From positions 248,001-312,000 of the forward strand of contig NW_026515694.1 of NCBI RefSeq assembly GCF_025526975.1: a DNA stretch of 64,000 nucleotides, in the 5' to 3' direction. The DNA is from Fimicolochytrium jonesii. Taxonomy: Eukaryota. Positions within the stretch are counted from its first letter, which is position 1, and each line of letters starts with the position of its first letter. The notes beneath the pieces were generated by a model. That model was not told the origin of the DNA and searched no databases. It saw nothing but the letters and a program-made list of their open reading frames with translations. Shown piece by piece: positions 12,333-25,766 of the stretch. The translations under genes were made by a program, and so were the position numbers.

Positions 12333-13009
12333 CTATGGGAATGCGTTGCAAACTTATAAATGGCAATGAGGATACTTGGACAAGATGCAGCTCAGTACGA
12401 ACCTTTGCAGACTTCGGCTATCGTCTACCTTGCAGAAATCGGTGTTTACGGGTGGCGCAAGCGAAGAGTGCTGGTTAAGTCGCACGACACCTTCTGACTC
12501 GAACCACTACTAAGAATAGTCTATTTTACGTCTAACTTGGAGCTCCTTTCGCGACAGAGTCGTCCGAAAGCGGGGACGAGACGTGCTTCCGCGAGAACCG
12601 GTTGCTGCTTAAGGTTGGTGGTCGCCGTGGGAAAAGTTGAATTGCAATCTTCGGACCGTGGGAATTGGCGACGGAGCTATACCACTCTCGAAGTTGTTGG
12701 TTCACAGGCTCTATAGATCTTGTTTGAGACCTCTCAAGCTGAAAAAACTTTACGAATATCAGAAGTCGTTCGACGAAGAAGGTAAGTCCAACGCTTGAGT
12801 AAACGGAGAAAGTGTAGATTGCAATGTCTGGTGATGAGTAAGCCTTCCACCGTTGCAGTCAGTGGCGATATATGGTAAGTCCGTTCTATATGCTACATGC
12901 AGAACTCTCTCTAGATCTATATCACTTGTCTCTACTAACAGTACCAGATCTAACGTCGGTGCGATAAAGCCAAGGGGCCACACAAATCGCCTGAAATGCA
13001 TGCGAAACT

Positions 13010-13047
13010 GAGCCCTGAGCACGTTACAGAGCCCTGAGCACGTTACA
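13010..13047. repeat. Perfect 19-bp tandem duplication
   Basis: GAGCCCTGAGCACGTTACA at 13010-13028 and 13029-13047. Confidence 0.9.
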
Positions 13048-13510
13048 AATTATGGACAAAGACGCAATAACGGGCGGCAGTCATAAACGGCATACTAATA
13101 GCAACGGCGAATAACGGTGGGGCGGTTATCTCTGGAGTTTCGATCTTGTGTTGGGGAATCTCTGATTCATCCTCAAACTATTCCCCCCGTCACACGCGTC
13201 CAGCATCATGTCACGCGTATCGGGGGCCCCTCCCCCATTGCTTGCGACTCGGCTTGCGACTTGCGCAATTTCATCCCACTGCCCCTGGACGATAAAAGTC
13301 GACTGCTCCATAAATACATTACACACTGTACCAGTAATACGTGTACATTTTATGCGAAGACGATGTGCACGGTATATTTCAAAGACGATACGACTTCAAC
13401 GACTTCTCCAACTATGTGCCAGATTTACGGTCGAGTTGACTGAGGCTAGACTACATATACTACATAGTACGAAGCGACGACCGAGAATGATGTATTGCCA
13501 AGGACCGATC

Positions 13511-13741
13511 TCATTTGACAAACTTCAGATCTTCGCGCTTGGCCCCCAGCGGCTTGGACTTGATGCTATGATCGTGCGCAATAGCTTGCGTAGCCTCCCC
13601 TTTCTGTTCGGGAGAGCGTATATGAATCTGTTCGCCCTCGCGATGCAGCATCTTGCTGTCGGACTCCTTCGGTTTGTGTATGACTTCGCCGGTGACGGGT
13701 GAGATTTCCTTCTTGGCTTTGGCTCCGCTGCGAAGTGACAT
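13511..13741 (-). CDS. Small (76 aa) hydrophilic Lys/His/Glu-rich orphan protein
   Basis: ATG in good context (ACAACCATGT), A/C-rich leader, TATA element about 130 nt upstream, and C-ending codon bias. Confidence 0.6.
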   Translation of the reverse strand: MSLRSGAKAKKEISPVTGEVIHKPKESDSKMLHREGEQIHIRSPEQKGEATQAIAHDHSIKSKPLGAKREDLKFVK

Positions 13742-13989
13742 GGTTGTTTGATACGGGTTTTGCGGTTGTAGGGCTTCGTTGATGGTTGGGTTGTATGTAG
13801 GTGTTCGTTTTGTTAGTTTTGAGCGCACGAGGGGTTGGTGGCATCGTGCGTCCCCTATGTATACGGTATATATACCGTTTTGACATCACCACCTTTTCGT
13901 GTGGAGGTTTTGCAAGAAAACGGTTTTCCTCCGGGCCTCGACGGGGGCATCAATTGACGCCACTACATGTCATGCTGGTCTGCACCGCG

Positions 13990-15592
13990 TCAACCTTGAA
14001 CTAGCCTTTTAAAAGAATCGTATAATCTCTCATGCTTTTTTGCAATTAGTTTCTCGAGCACCTCGAGCGTATACTTGCGGCTTTGCTCGCGGTTATTGTA
14101 CCTGGAGAAAGAAGAAAGACAGAGTATCACGAGTCGGATCGGAGTATATGTGAGGTTAGGACTGAAGAGTGCCAGTGCATGAAGATACGTACGCTTTGAC
14201 ATGCCATAGCAACTCGGTGAACTTGTGACCGGGACAGGAAACAAAGGTGATGAGGAAATCATACACGCCTGCAGTCAACGAGGACAATGCCCATCTCACC
14301 TCATCATAACTGAGCTCATGCCTCGCCCGTTTGAAGAAGTCCCGCCCATCCGCAGAATTGGGCACAACATTGCCCAGCGCGCTCGCGACTCCAGAATGGC
14401 CAGATACGGTTGTCGTCGCCGATGTTGAGAAAGGCGAGTCCGGTCGCGGAATGATCTCGATGTTGCCGAATGCCACGCTTGCGGACGACGTCGCCGCAGG
14501 GTTCGCGGTTCGATCAGCTATGACGGTGCTTTTGCGAGGCGGGGTGGTGAGCACTCTTTTGGTTCTGCTTTTGTCATTGGGGAGGTGATCCCCGTCTGAT
14601 GCGTCTGGGTTTGAATCGCGCTGATGATGTGAGGAGGTCTGGGGACGCCTTTTCGAAGATGTATGGTCGTCTGACCTAAACATAAGCGAACTTCAATGCC
14701 AGGCGTACTGTTAGGGAAGAGATGACAGGATGGATGCGTACCCGTCTAGACCGTCTGACAAGGACGATCGCCGAGCGAAGAGCTGTGTTGTGTTGACTAG
14801 AGGATAGATATTAAGGCCAGGAATGTTTGGGGAAGATGTCAAATGCGCCATACATAATGCTTCAGGGTGCGAGACGTGATCCGCCAGCGTCACATCCTTC
14901 GAAAAAAGCATATTAGCATCCATAAAGTTCGGCGGGAATCATGGCTAGCATTCATTTCACCTCGTCGTGCAGACTTTCATTGTCGTTCTCCGCCTGCAAA
15001 TTCGTATCACGGGGAGTCCCGACATTCCCACGGTGATTGACTTGCTCATCCCGCTTTCGCGGTCTCAACGCAGACGCAGCGGCCACATGATAAGCAGGCT
15101 GTGTCTTTTCGGCAGCTAATGTCACGTCTTCCGCGTCTTCTGCAGCGAGCGACGCCATGACGCTTTGCTTGAAGTTGGCTAGTTTGTTAACCGACCTCGA
15201 CATCTCGGCCATCCGGTGCCTTGCTTGCTCGTTCTCAGCTTGTAAGGCATCCACGCGCGCCCAAAGCTCCTGGGAAAAGTATCACATTGGCCGAGCCCCG
15301 ATGCTTTGTCTAATGGAGAACCCGTTTGTGGGAGTGAAAATTGGGAACGATAAAACTAACCTTGATCTCGGCATCTTTTCGTCTCAGCTCAGATGACAAT
15401 TGACTGATCTTATCGTCTTTTGATGAACACTGCTCTTCGAGGTTCGTCAGTGCATGAGTTTTTGGACGCACGGTGCTGGCAACGTCGCCAGAGACGAAGA
15501 GTTGCGACGGGAAACAAACGAACCTTGCGACGATAGGTGTCCCGCAAGAGGGTGATGGCGGCCTCGAAATCGACGTCTGCTGGGGATGACAT
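13990..15592 (-). CDS. Coiled-coil protein with C-terminal At4g15545/NAIP-like helical domain
   Basis: N-terminal coiled coil ending SRSVNKLANFKQSVMASL. C-terminus DGRDFFKRARHELSYDE|FTELLWHVKA|YNNREQSRKYTLE..LYDSFKRLV. Multi-exon. Confidence 0.75.
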
Positions 15593-16417
15593 TCCGTCGT
15601 TTGCGCCCAAATGGTCTGCGACAGTTTCAAGATGCTTTCAGTTTTCCAGGTGTCACTTTTCTAGGAATTGACAGCTCAGCTGTCGAAAAATAACAGGGCA
15701 ACTGCACAAGCAGCTCCGAAAATAGCGGGGCTACAGGCGCACACCCATGTCATGCTCGGGTTACTAGGTACGAACCCCCAGCATTGGGTCTAGATGCTGC
15801 GGTGAAGCAGACCGAGACACGCCTCATGCCGGACGATTACTGTACGTCTGACCATTCTTCATTCGCTAGCGCTCTACTGCTACTAATGAATCAGGCGAAC
15901 CAGCCATGCTCTGCCGGCTTGCGAGAAAGCAGGAGCACACCCTCCCTCCCTCACACCCGTCCCTCCCACATCTGCATGTTCCATTCCAGTACCCTATGTA
16001 CTGTATAGATTCGCCGTCGGAAAGGGAAGAATTGTTGTGGGTGGTGGTGTCGCGTGTGTCGCCTGCGTCGCACTGTGGCTTTCAAATTTGTTTGATCTCG
16101 CCGGATTGCAACTGCGTTCCCAAACGCAGGTTCAAGCAGCAGCGTTTCTTTCCCACCCACGCCCTATCTCCAAAAAGATAGTGGTAACGAGTGACCAGTT
16201 AGAGTTCCTAGAAAAGTACAGATATCTACAGTAATACTGCAGAGAAACTCCGGTTGCAACGATCTATTCCCCGCTGCTTCTCAGCAATTTGCAAGAAATC
16301 GGAGTCATCACACCTACGAAAGGACGAGCGGGGAGGAGTTCACTCGCTCGATATCGATCAGGCTTGGGACGAGTTCTTTCCATAAGTGACTAGCTCGTCG
16401 AGTTGGTATTCGTCAGA

Positions 16418-19400
16418 ATGTCGGCAACACAGAATACGCGGGTTATCATCACCATAGTAAACCGCATCGCCGAAAAGGTGAGGGTAGAGACTGCTGGAGA
16501 GTGTGTGCAACACTAGAGCACCTAGTCCCGCTGACTAAACCGTTTATGCTGCTGAGTAGCTTCCTGTCAACTCGGGCAGAAGTTTGACGTCACTAGAAGC
16601 AGACCCATTCTTCAACCAGCACGTCAACGCCCTCACTGATCTCGCGCAATGGAGGTTGAAAGACGTTGTCAGAGCGCTCGCCAACGCTTTGGATGGGATA
16701 TCTAGGGTAAGGCTGCAGCGCTCTGAGTATCCGCGTTTCTCATCGCTTCTCACCGCTCATCGCTCTCGGTTCCGACTCTTGACAGGCCCCAGGTGCAACA
16801 GGGAACGATGAGGGGGCTTTATCCATGGACGTACTCCAATCTCAACTTTTTGTGCTGTTGTTACTGGGAGAATGCACGTCGTTGGCCTGGAAAGCCCATC
16901 GAGAAGCATTGTCGGGGTTTGGCAGGCCTGAGCAGAACGAATCTATGACGGGGAGCAGAGGTGCCCCTCCATCTAGACCGAATAGGTCTTTGACCATGCC
17001 TACGAGTCCCGCTCCAATGAGATCACAAAATGCTAGCTCGAGGATGGACGCGACGATGGCTGGAGACATTGCCATGGGGACCGATTCATTGCGGAACTCT
17101 TCTACCTACCTCGCTGGGAAGCACGGTCGGCCTATGGCAGCCGCTGCTTCATATCAACAAAATCTGTCTCTTCACAACTCTGCTGCCGATTACTCGGTTC
17201 AAAGCGCGGGCGCTTCTGGAACTTCAAGGTCCGCCCTTCCGGATCCTCCACCTTTCGATGAGCAGCTGGCCCGGTTTCTGCTCGCAGTCATAACAAGATT
17301 CTTTTACACTTCTGCGGCATCTCTGAACATTGACGCGGTTAAGCACGAATACGGGTCCTTCTTTGCCGATCACTCAGATGCCGGAACGGCGGGTAGCAAC
17401 ACTGTATTGTCGGCATTCACCAAGCCATCGGGTCCACCAGGAGCATCTCTATTCCCTCCAGGCAACTCGACTTTCACGACATCTGATGTACTCACGGAAG
17501 TTCGCAAAGCCGCTGGGCGCGTGCTTGCTTATCTTTCCGCGTCAAACTGGAGCCTAGTATTCGGCAAGATCAAGGCACTGATAGGTCACATGTCTCAGTC
17601 AGGGGCTTCCGGCACCAGTGGGGGGCCAAACTCAAACGATTCCGACCGGGACTCTGGTGACTTGACGGAGCTGCGATTTTTGGAGTGGTGTACACTGAAC
17701 CGCACACGCTTAGGGATGGTCTTGACTGGTATGCGGCGCATTTCACTAGTTTTGGGCTACTCTGGACGGAATGATGTTGAATCCATAACTTCGTATTGAA
17801 CGACCATAGAGCTGACGCGGCATTGCAAATTATTCGGGAAGAGAGCACAGATTGCGAGTGCAATATACCTGAGGAGGGCCATATGGAACTGGATAGAGGT
17901 TTATCCACCAGAATTCCAACTTTTATGCCAAGGCCAAGGTCGCTTAGAAGGTACAATCCAACGATATTGTTCGGGCTCATGGATCCATATCTCACCTTCC
18001 TATGCAGGATACCCGGAACAGCTCTTCGAGACGTTCAGCCTTGTGGCTGAGAACAGTCGCAGGAAAACTCTCTTTTGGCCAGTGCAGACTATGCTCCTCG
18101 TTGTGTGTCCCGAGATTCTGTATAGCATCGGCATAGTGGGAAACAGTGGAGACAGACAGCGTCTTCTCGCATCGCCAGGCGGGGTTACAACGGCTGTTGC
18201 CAAGAAAGCGATGTTCGTGGAAACTTTGAGGAAGAATGCTCGTGGCAGTAAAATCAGCGAGATATCCATTTTCTGCTGTGCGGAAGTGGTCCGTGCATCT
18301 ACGTTCGTCAGCAAAGCGGAAGGCGGACCGTTACGGCTGCTAGGCGCCGGTATCGAAATCGAGCTGAAGGTGAGCTGCCCTACCTGGCCTGATCTTGCAC
18401 AATTACCATTACCGTCTGTCGTGAAATGTACTGATGGGACTTCTGCTGTTTGTAGGAACGACTGTTCGACGGCCAGCGCTTATTACCGCTAGCAAATGGG
18501 ATCTCTTCATCGGAGGAGTCTGGAACATTGGATTACAGGCTATTCGCGGATTGCATCACTACGCTGTACAAGTCGAACCCCTGGAACACTCTGCGGTCCA
18601 TCATTCCCGGCGTTGTTGACGCCTCTTCCACTCTGTACAAAGTCGCGCTGGTAAAAGGGTTTCACAATCTCCTGACCGAGATGGATACCTTCTCGTGGAC
18701 TCCTGCAGTGGATGCTAGTGTAGCCGGCCACTTTAGAGCCCTGTTCGCGGAGGCTGTAACTAGTACACGGCTTACGTCCGAGGCGAAAGGGCGTAGAGGG
18801 GCAGGATTCAGGTCACACAACATCGACAGGAAGATGAAGAGGGCCGCTCAAGAAGAGGCGAATGACCGCCATCAAATCCTCACTCACATTCTATCGATGT
18901 GGAGCATTTGTCCATTGCTAGCTGTGGCGAAGGGATCGACGACCGTTCATCCTGACGACTTACGCCCACTCTTCACCTCGTTAGCGACGTGCTTGCTGGA
19001 TCCCAATCCCATTGTTCGGCACCTGGCCAGCCAGATTCTACCGAAGCTGATGTCCCAAGAAGTTGCCTGCTATTGGGATGGTTCATTGAACGACTGGAGG
19101 ATCCCGTTTTTGGAGAACAACCTTTCCATATCCGAAACATCAATGAAGGCGTTCTGGAAAGGATCCAGCTGGATATTGCTCGGTGCCACCCGAGCGGTGC
19201 TGGATGAGGGGGATCTGAAAAAGGCTCTGGACTTAATGGCTGAGCTTTGTCGGTTACAAAATGAGGTTCTTCTTACACGAGGCTCCCTGGCCCACATTGG
19301 CGCTGCCGCCCCTGAACGATTCGCGGCATATGTTGCGTCCGAGGTGTCCATCATCGTGTCGATATCGGGAAGCTGGGGCGATGGCTCGATCTGCAAATCC

Positions 19401-22400
19401 GTCGCAAGATGGCTGGAAGAACTCCTGGCCGCCGGTAATTACGGTCGTCCAGCTGATGGGGATTTCAAAGTGATCGCACCCCTGTTGGAGAACGCACCAG
19501 TGTATGCGGAACTCGCGCGTATTCTCGCCAACGTGGGGAGCGGTGGCGGCGGGCTCAAATTGGTACAAAAACGTGTGCGGGCTGTACTTAGGACGCTGGT
19601 GACCCCCACACCGGGGAACATGGGGGCATGGGAAGAACTGTATCGATCTTGGAAGTCAAATGATATCGTACCGCCTGGAAGAAAGCGCAGCGGTAGCGTA
19701 GGGAATATGGAAGGTGATTCCAGTTTCAGCGGGGATTACTACGCATCCTCGCCCGCGATCAATGTGGATGAGGAATCGGGCGACAGGCGTGCCAAACTGA
19801 GGCGGCCGGCTAGCGGTGCTGGATCGTATAGCCCGTCAGTGGAAGACCGTACAGAATGGGCAAATCAAATGTCTTTCCTATGTGCTTTGGGAGGAATCTG
19901 CCTCAAAGCCAGCGCTATGGCTTCTGAGCAACAACAGGCGGAGCACGCTTCAACCTTTTCGCGGGCCAATTCTACCACGCTGTCTCCAGAACTGGCGATC
20001 AATCGGCGGAAGTCAACGGGGTCTGCACCTTCCGGTGCCGGTGGAGAGAATTATCCCGTTACCGGCGATGCCACTGGTGGAGGGCAACAGGCGTGGGCTG
20101 GAGCTGTGGGATCTCAACTACTGGGCGCATATAGCAATGCCAAGGCCGCTGTGGAGAAATTCGTCGGGGAGATTGTGGATCTCCTTGCCTCAGAAAATGT
20201 GATCATCCGTGAGATTGTTCGAGACTGCATGGGCGCTGAAATGAGTGCAGGGATGTACGGTGAGTAGTTGAATACCATGTCTTGTGTGAAGCGCTCCCTT
20301 CGCAGTCACTGAACCTCGTTTGCTTGAATTCGTAGCAACATTGTTTGGTCAATTCGCGACTATCATCGAGGACCAAATGTTCGACCCCTCTGGACAACCT
20401 CGTCTGACCCTCCGCAATACCGTCTTTGCAGACTACATGACATCAGTCCTGAGACTAGCTTTGGATCGAAGCGACGCAGCATCTGTTCTGTCCAGCGTTG
20501 CGGTCGGCGATCTAGACTTTGGCTCTATTTTCGGCAACCTGGTGCGATACGTGGACGCTCTGATTGCCGTAGACCCCACGCATTTCCCGGTTCGAATGCG
20601 GCTATGCACTGCAATCGAATTGCTTGTCGCCAAAAGGGGGCTCATCTCACTGATCGGCGAAATGAGAATCCGAAAAGATATCACGTTTGCGCTCGTAGAA
20701 CGTGGATTGCAGGACTACCGGCGCGAAACTCTTGAGATTCGGAAACTCCAAAGGAGTGCACATTTGCAATGCGTGAAAGCGCTTGCCAGGCTCCTAGAGG
20801 ATCTCCCGTTCGGGGCGGAATCAACACGGATTTCGAACTACTTATTGCAAGGGTTTGAGCGGACAGGGAAGGACGAAGAAGATACACACAGCTTGCAGCT
20901 GATAGAGCATACCGGCGCAGCGTTCACCGCGTTGTTGTCAGCAAACACCGAGTTCGAGCTCAACTTCGCCATGGACATGACGTATGCGGAGAACGAAACC
21001 CTTAGAGGAATGTTCATCAATGTCCTCACAAATCTCATCAAATCGGGTGGGATCATCGAGAAGGTTACAACTGCGCTTGGCAACAAGCGCGATATCACCC
21101 GTGGTCGGTCAGCACGGTTGGTGCAACTTATAGCGGATACACCGCAAGGGCTCGAAATCGCAGTCCTTCTCGGTGAAGTTGCCCCGGTCGGAGATGTGGA
21201 TGAGATTGGAGCCGTCTTGATCAGTATTTTTGATGCATGCGGGCGTGCATTGGATCTGATTGAGAGGGTAGTGCAGCGAGAGGTGGACAACACCGATAGC
21301 CCCGCACAATTGTTTAGGCGGAACAGTATGGCCACGCGGCTCCTCACGATATTCGCGAACACGAATGGACAGGAATATCTTCGGAAGACATTGAGTCCTA
21401 TTCTCTCAGAACTTGCTGAGCGCTGTCCTCCAATGAGCTTTGAGGTCGACCCGACTAAGGTTAACACTCAGGATCTGGAGGGAAACATGAGGAATTTGAA
21501 GGTGGTCAGTCAAGGCATTCTCGATAGCATCATCGGACCGGGCGCCGTTCAGATGCCACCCTCCCTAAGGGAAGCCTGCGCATTAATCTGGAGAATCGTT
21601 GGATCACGTTTCCCAGACGCACAGCCCACGGCAGTGAGCGGATTCCTCTTCTTGCGGTTCATCTGCCCCGCGATCGTATCCCCCGAAACACATGGAATCA
21701 TCCAAGCTGCTGAAGTACGAAAGGAGCTTCGTCGTGGCTTAGTTTTGATCACGAAGGTGGTGCAGAACTTGGCGAACAACGTGCTCTTCGGTGCGAAAGA
21801 AGCCTTCATGAGTGGCGCCAACGACGTCTTGCGGGATAACGTTGCCAAAGTACATTCCTTCCTTAGCGACATACCAGCCTTCTCATCCAGGGAGCAAGCA
21901 CATACCCCTAACCCAATGAAGTCGAAAATCGACGACTCTGACATAGTCAGGCTTCATCGACATTTGTCGGCCAACCTGGATCGTTTAGAGAAGGCGAAAG
22001 TCACGGTGTCTTCTGCCGTGCCACTCGCACGCCTTTCGGCGCTCAGTTTGCAAAAAACTGGGAAAGATGAGGCCTCCTCGGAAGCGAACTCTCCGTCTTC
22101 TCCAGTTACGCGAAAGCCGCCGAGCTCATCCGCCGCCACGAAAACCATGTCGAGCAATTTGAGCGTGTCGAGTTTCGGGTTGCCGTTTCCATTCGAAGAT
22201 CGACTTGGGTCAGCTCCTGATTACAAGGTCGTGTTTTCAGAACTATGCACCCTCTTGTCGCAAATGGGGCCTGGTCTGAAAGGATCGTTGGCCGAAACGG
22301 GGGACGAAGCAGGATTGCGAAAATCACAGTCTGAGATGGGAGGAGAAAATGTATCCGTTTCCTTCTCGCCCGTAGCATGGCTCAAAGGGCCGCGTACGCA

Positions 22401-25396
22401 AATACCGGTTGTCTTGACGGTTGGAAATGACCGTCTGAAGGTGTCAGCTAATAGACGCCCTGAAGAATCCGGCGAGTATTTCGAAGAAACGTTTCACGCT
22501 TCTGCTATCGATGAGCTCGGATTGAACCGCGATCAGGAGCTGTTTGTATTAGCTACTGAGAAGAACGGTCTCGCACGTGGAACACCGATTGTGCTGAACT
22601 TCGCATCCTCCAAAGCTGAGACGATTGTCCAGGCATTACGTGTCATGGTCAGCAAGTTCCGGCTCGGGCTCTCTCGGTCATCGTCGTCTGTAATGATGTC
22701 GAGCTTCTCAATTGCCCCTGATCTGCATTCCGAAACGAAGCGTGAAGAGCTGCAAGCTGGGGATGTCGCTGGTGGACTCCTGAACGTTGCGTTTTCGACA
22801 TTCGGAAGTCCTGATCCCGCTGTTCGTCGGGCGGGGTACAACTTGCTGTGCGCACTGATTTCTGAGTTCAGTCTGTCGGTTGGAATCCCGAACCTTCGCG
22901 GTGACAATTTGTTTGGTGGGAAAGGTAGGTTTTGGTTTTGGTGTCACCTGACAGGAAAGTTTTTACTAAGCTCTTGGTTATGTGAATCTACAGGCGTCTT
23001 CATACCGCTCAGCAATCAATCCTTTCTAATGGAGATCAGTCAACGAATTGCGAAGGCACACCCGGAATTGACTCTATCTTTCATCGGCGAGTGTGCTCTT
23101 GGGATGACACGGTGTGGAGATTCAGGCAAGATCGCCTCGCTGCAGTACGTGGGTCCTTGGATCGACAACATCGCGCAGCAGGTCGAGGCGGTTAACGAAA
23201 CGACGGAGAAGCTACAGCAAACATTGATGATGTTCGTCGACGTGACCTTCAAGACTCCGGCCCTGGAAAGTTTGTTCAGACAGGCTATCTGGGTCAAGCT
23301 TGCCGCTCTACCTATGCTTGTACCAGGGATTGTCTCCTTCCTCATCCAAGCGGCGCTTGAACGATCGACTCGCCACTCTGACGTGGAAGTGTTGGCTAAC
23401 ATTTTGCATGCCCTTGCGTGTCACAGCGAGTACCCTGTGTCAAGTAAAATCTTCTCCGTGCTCCGGAAAACCATTGTCTCGACGTCATATCGGTCTCTCC
23501 CAGCCCTGATCGACCATCCTGCCTGGACTGAGATAGCTGTGCTCATCCGCCTGGCATTGCATCTGTCTTTCGACGACTGGAAGAACATCGATGAAGTACT
23601 GCCGGATCTATTCTACGTGGTCTCTATTGTTGCCGGGACCGGCTCTCCGACAGTACGGACCAGCGTGCACGGTATCATAGTGAATGCCATTCATACTTTG
23701 GCCACTTCCGGGACCCTACTCCCGGAGGGAAAAGAGAAGATGGAATCGTTGGTTGACGAGCTCGCGGAGCCGAGGCTCTGCTTACCCTTTGGGCTCAGTG
23801 GGGACGCGGAATTACCACGGGAGGTGACCTTGGGCGGTCTAGACGCGATCGTGAGGTGTTTATTGGATATTTCGACTTACGGAACCGCGGATCGAGGTAA
23901 GCTGATTGGTTCAATATCAAGCACTGGCCGATCAGTAGGTCCTAATCCATATACTTCTCTTAGATCAAACTTCTCTCTGGCGGGCTCGATGGATGTCCCT
24001 GATATCAAGCACTGCTTTCCAGTACAACCCCGCAGTGCAGCCTCGAGCCTTCATTGTTCTGGGTTGTCTTGCAAGAGACGAGGTGGATGACGACCTGCTA
24101 TACCAAATCCTGGTCGCAATGCGAGGTGCTCTTACATTATTTGATGACGACGATTCTCATCTTATCGTGAGCATCACAATGTCTCTCTGCGACATCGTAT
24201 CCGGCCTTCCCTCAGGCTCACGCTACCTCGCTGCCATGTTCTGGCTTGCTCTTGCCTTAACACAAATCGGGCATCCTCCGATATTCCATGCCGCAACAAC
24301 GTTCATGACCATGGTCTTGCGCACTTTGCACAAATGCGGGGTTTTCGACCGCGACGGAATTTACAAGCCACTGTTGCAAGCTCGTGCAGGCTTAGAAGAT
24401 GCTGCATTGCAGTTGGACAATCACGTTGGCCTGCACTTCCGTCTGGACACATTTCCGTTCGCGCTCGCAGCAAACCTTCTCAAAGGAGTAAGGCACCATG
24501 CGACAAAGAAGGCCACGCTGGACTCTCTGAAAGCGATTCTCGAGATGAACACATTATTCGGAGGCACAAGAGACCCTTGGAGCGATCGATTAGCTTTCTT
24601 CCTTCCGGTCTTCTCGCTTTCGGACAGGCCTGCGGAAATCTGGCGACTGGCAGGCTTCGAACCCGTGCCGGGAGCAAGGCCTGACGACGACTCGGCCCCA
24701 TTGCGGGCGGAATACTGTGCTCAACTTCTGCGACTTGCCGTTGCCGGCGGACCGGGGTCCTCAGCTGGATTGATGGACCCGGCGGCACCCGTGCATCTAT
24801 TGCTCAGCGTTCTATTCATGTGTAACATGCTGGAGAGCGCGGAGCACGATACCGAGCTCATCACCATATACAGCTTCCTGGCTGAAGCTTCGGAACAAGC
24901 ACCGGAGATCTTCGCCATGATCTCGGACATAGTGTTGGTTCGCCTCAATCAAACGCTCACCACCACCCAATCCGTTCCCCTCATCCGACAAATTCAAACT
25001 CTGACCAAGGGCATTATGGGACATCGTTATACCGGACCTCCCAACCATGCCTCTGGACTCTCGACTGCTACTTATCGCAGCATAACATCAAATCCGTCAA
25101 GTCCCCACGCGGTAGCTTCATCAATCAGCAGCACCGACTCCGCGCTCTCTGGAGGGACGCCGCCCGTCCTTCCCAGCTACCTATTTTCGTCTGCGACAAC
25201 GAGCTCCCTTCCATCTCCAGCATCCCCGGAACCCCTCGGCGGTGGTCATCACACTTTGTCCATGCCATCGCGATTGGTAGACGCTGGCCTGCCTGGCCTA
25301 CCTGATGCGGGCACCTTCGCTCATGCGAGCCGGAGCCGCAAACTAAAGTGCGCGGCACTGGTTTGTGACCTCGTCGACGCCATCATTGCACTGTGA
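16418..25396 (+). CDS. Neurofibromin/Ira-like RasGAP
   Basis: YLSASNWSLVF, LFWPVQTMLL, RasGAP arginine finger LFRRNSMATR, FLFLRFICPAIVSP, LVLITKVVQNLAN, and NF1 C-terminal HEAT region AFQYNPAVQPRAFIVLGCLA. Several short introns. Confidence 0.93.
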
Positions 25397-25766
25397 TCGC
25401 TCGCCACACCGTCTTTGGCGTTGTGCAGGAGGTTTTTTTTGCATCATCCTCAGTTTCACCACCTGATCACCTTCGATACCAGCGTACTTATGTAATTACA
25501 TAGAGCTTTACATGGCATGATCATATTTACGTTCACAATGCATTTGCCCCGAATTTGATTCGACCCCTATCTCTCGTTTTTCTGTTCCACAATTGCTCGA
25601 TAGGACTTGTATGTCGTCGGAGAGCAAGACAGACGGACCGCTTGAAACAGGCAGACTTCGTCGACGCCGGTGAAGATATGAATGTTGTAAACGGAACGAC
25701 TCCATGTTGCGGGGGTATGGTTTATGTATTTTCGAAGGTAGGTATCAATGTGAAACATCACAGCAC

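Noticed and set aside
15758..15772. RFX X-box-like GTTACTAGGTAC (also partial matches near 9434)
   Set aside because: The matches are incomplete, and there is no independent support for RFX control here.
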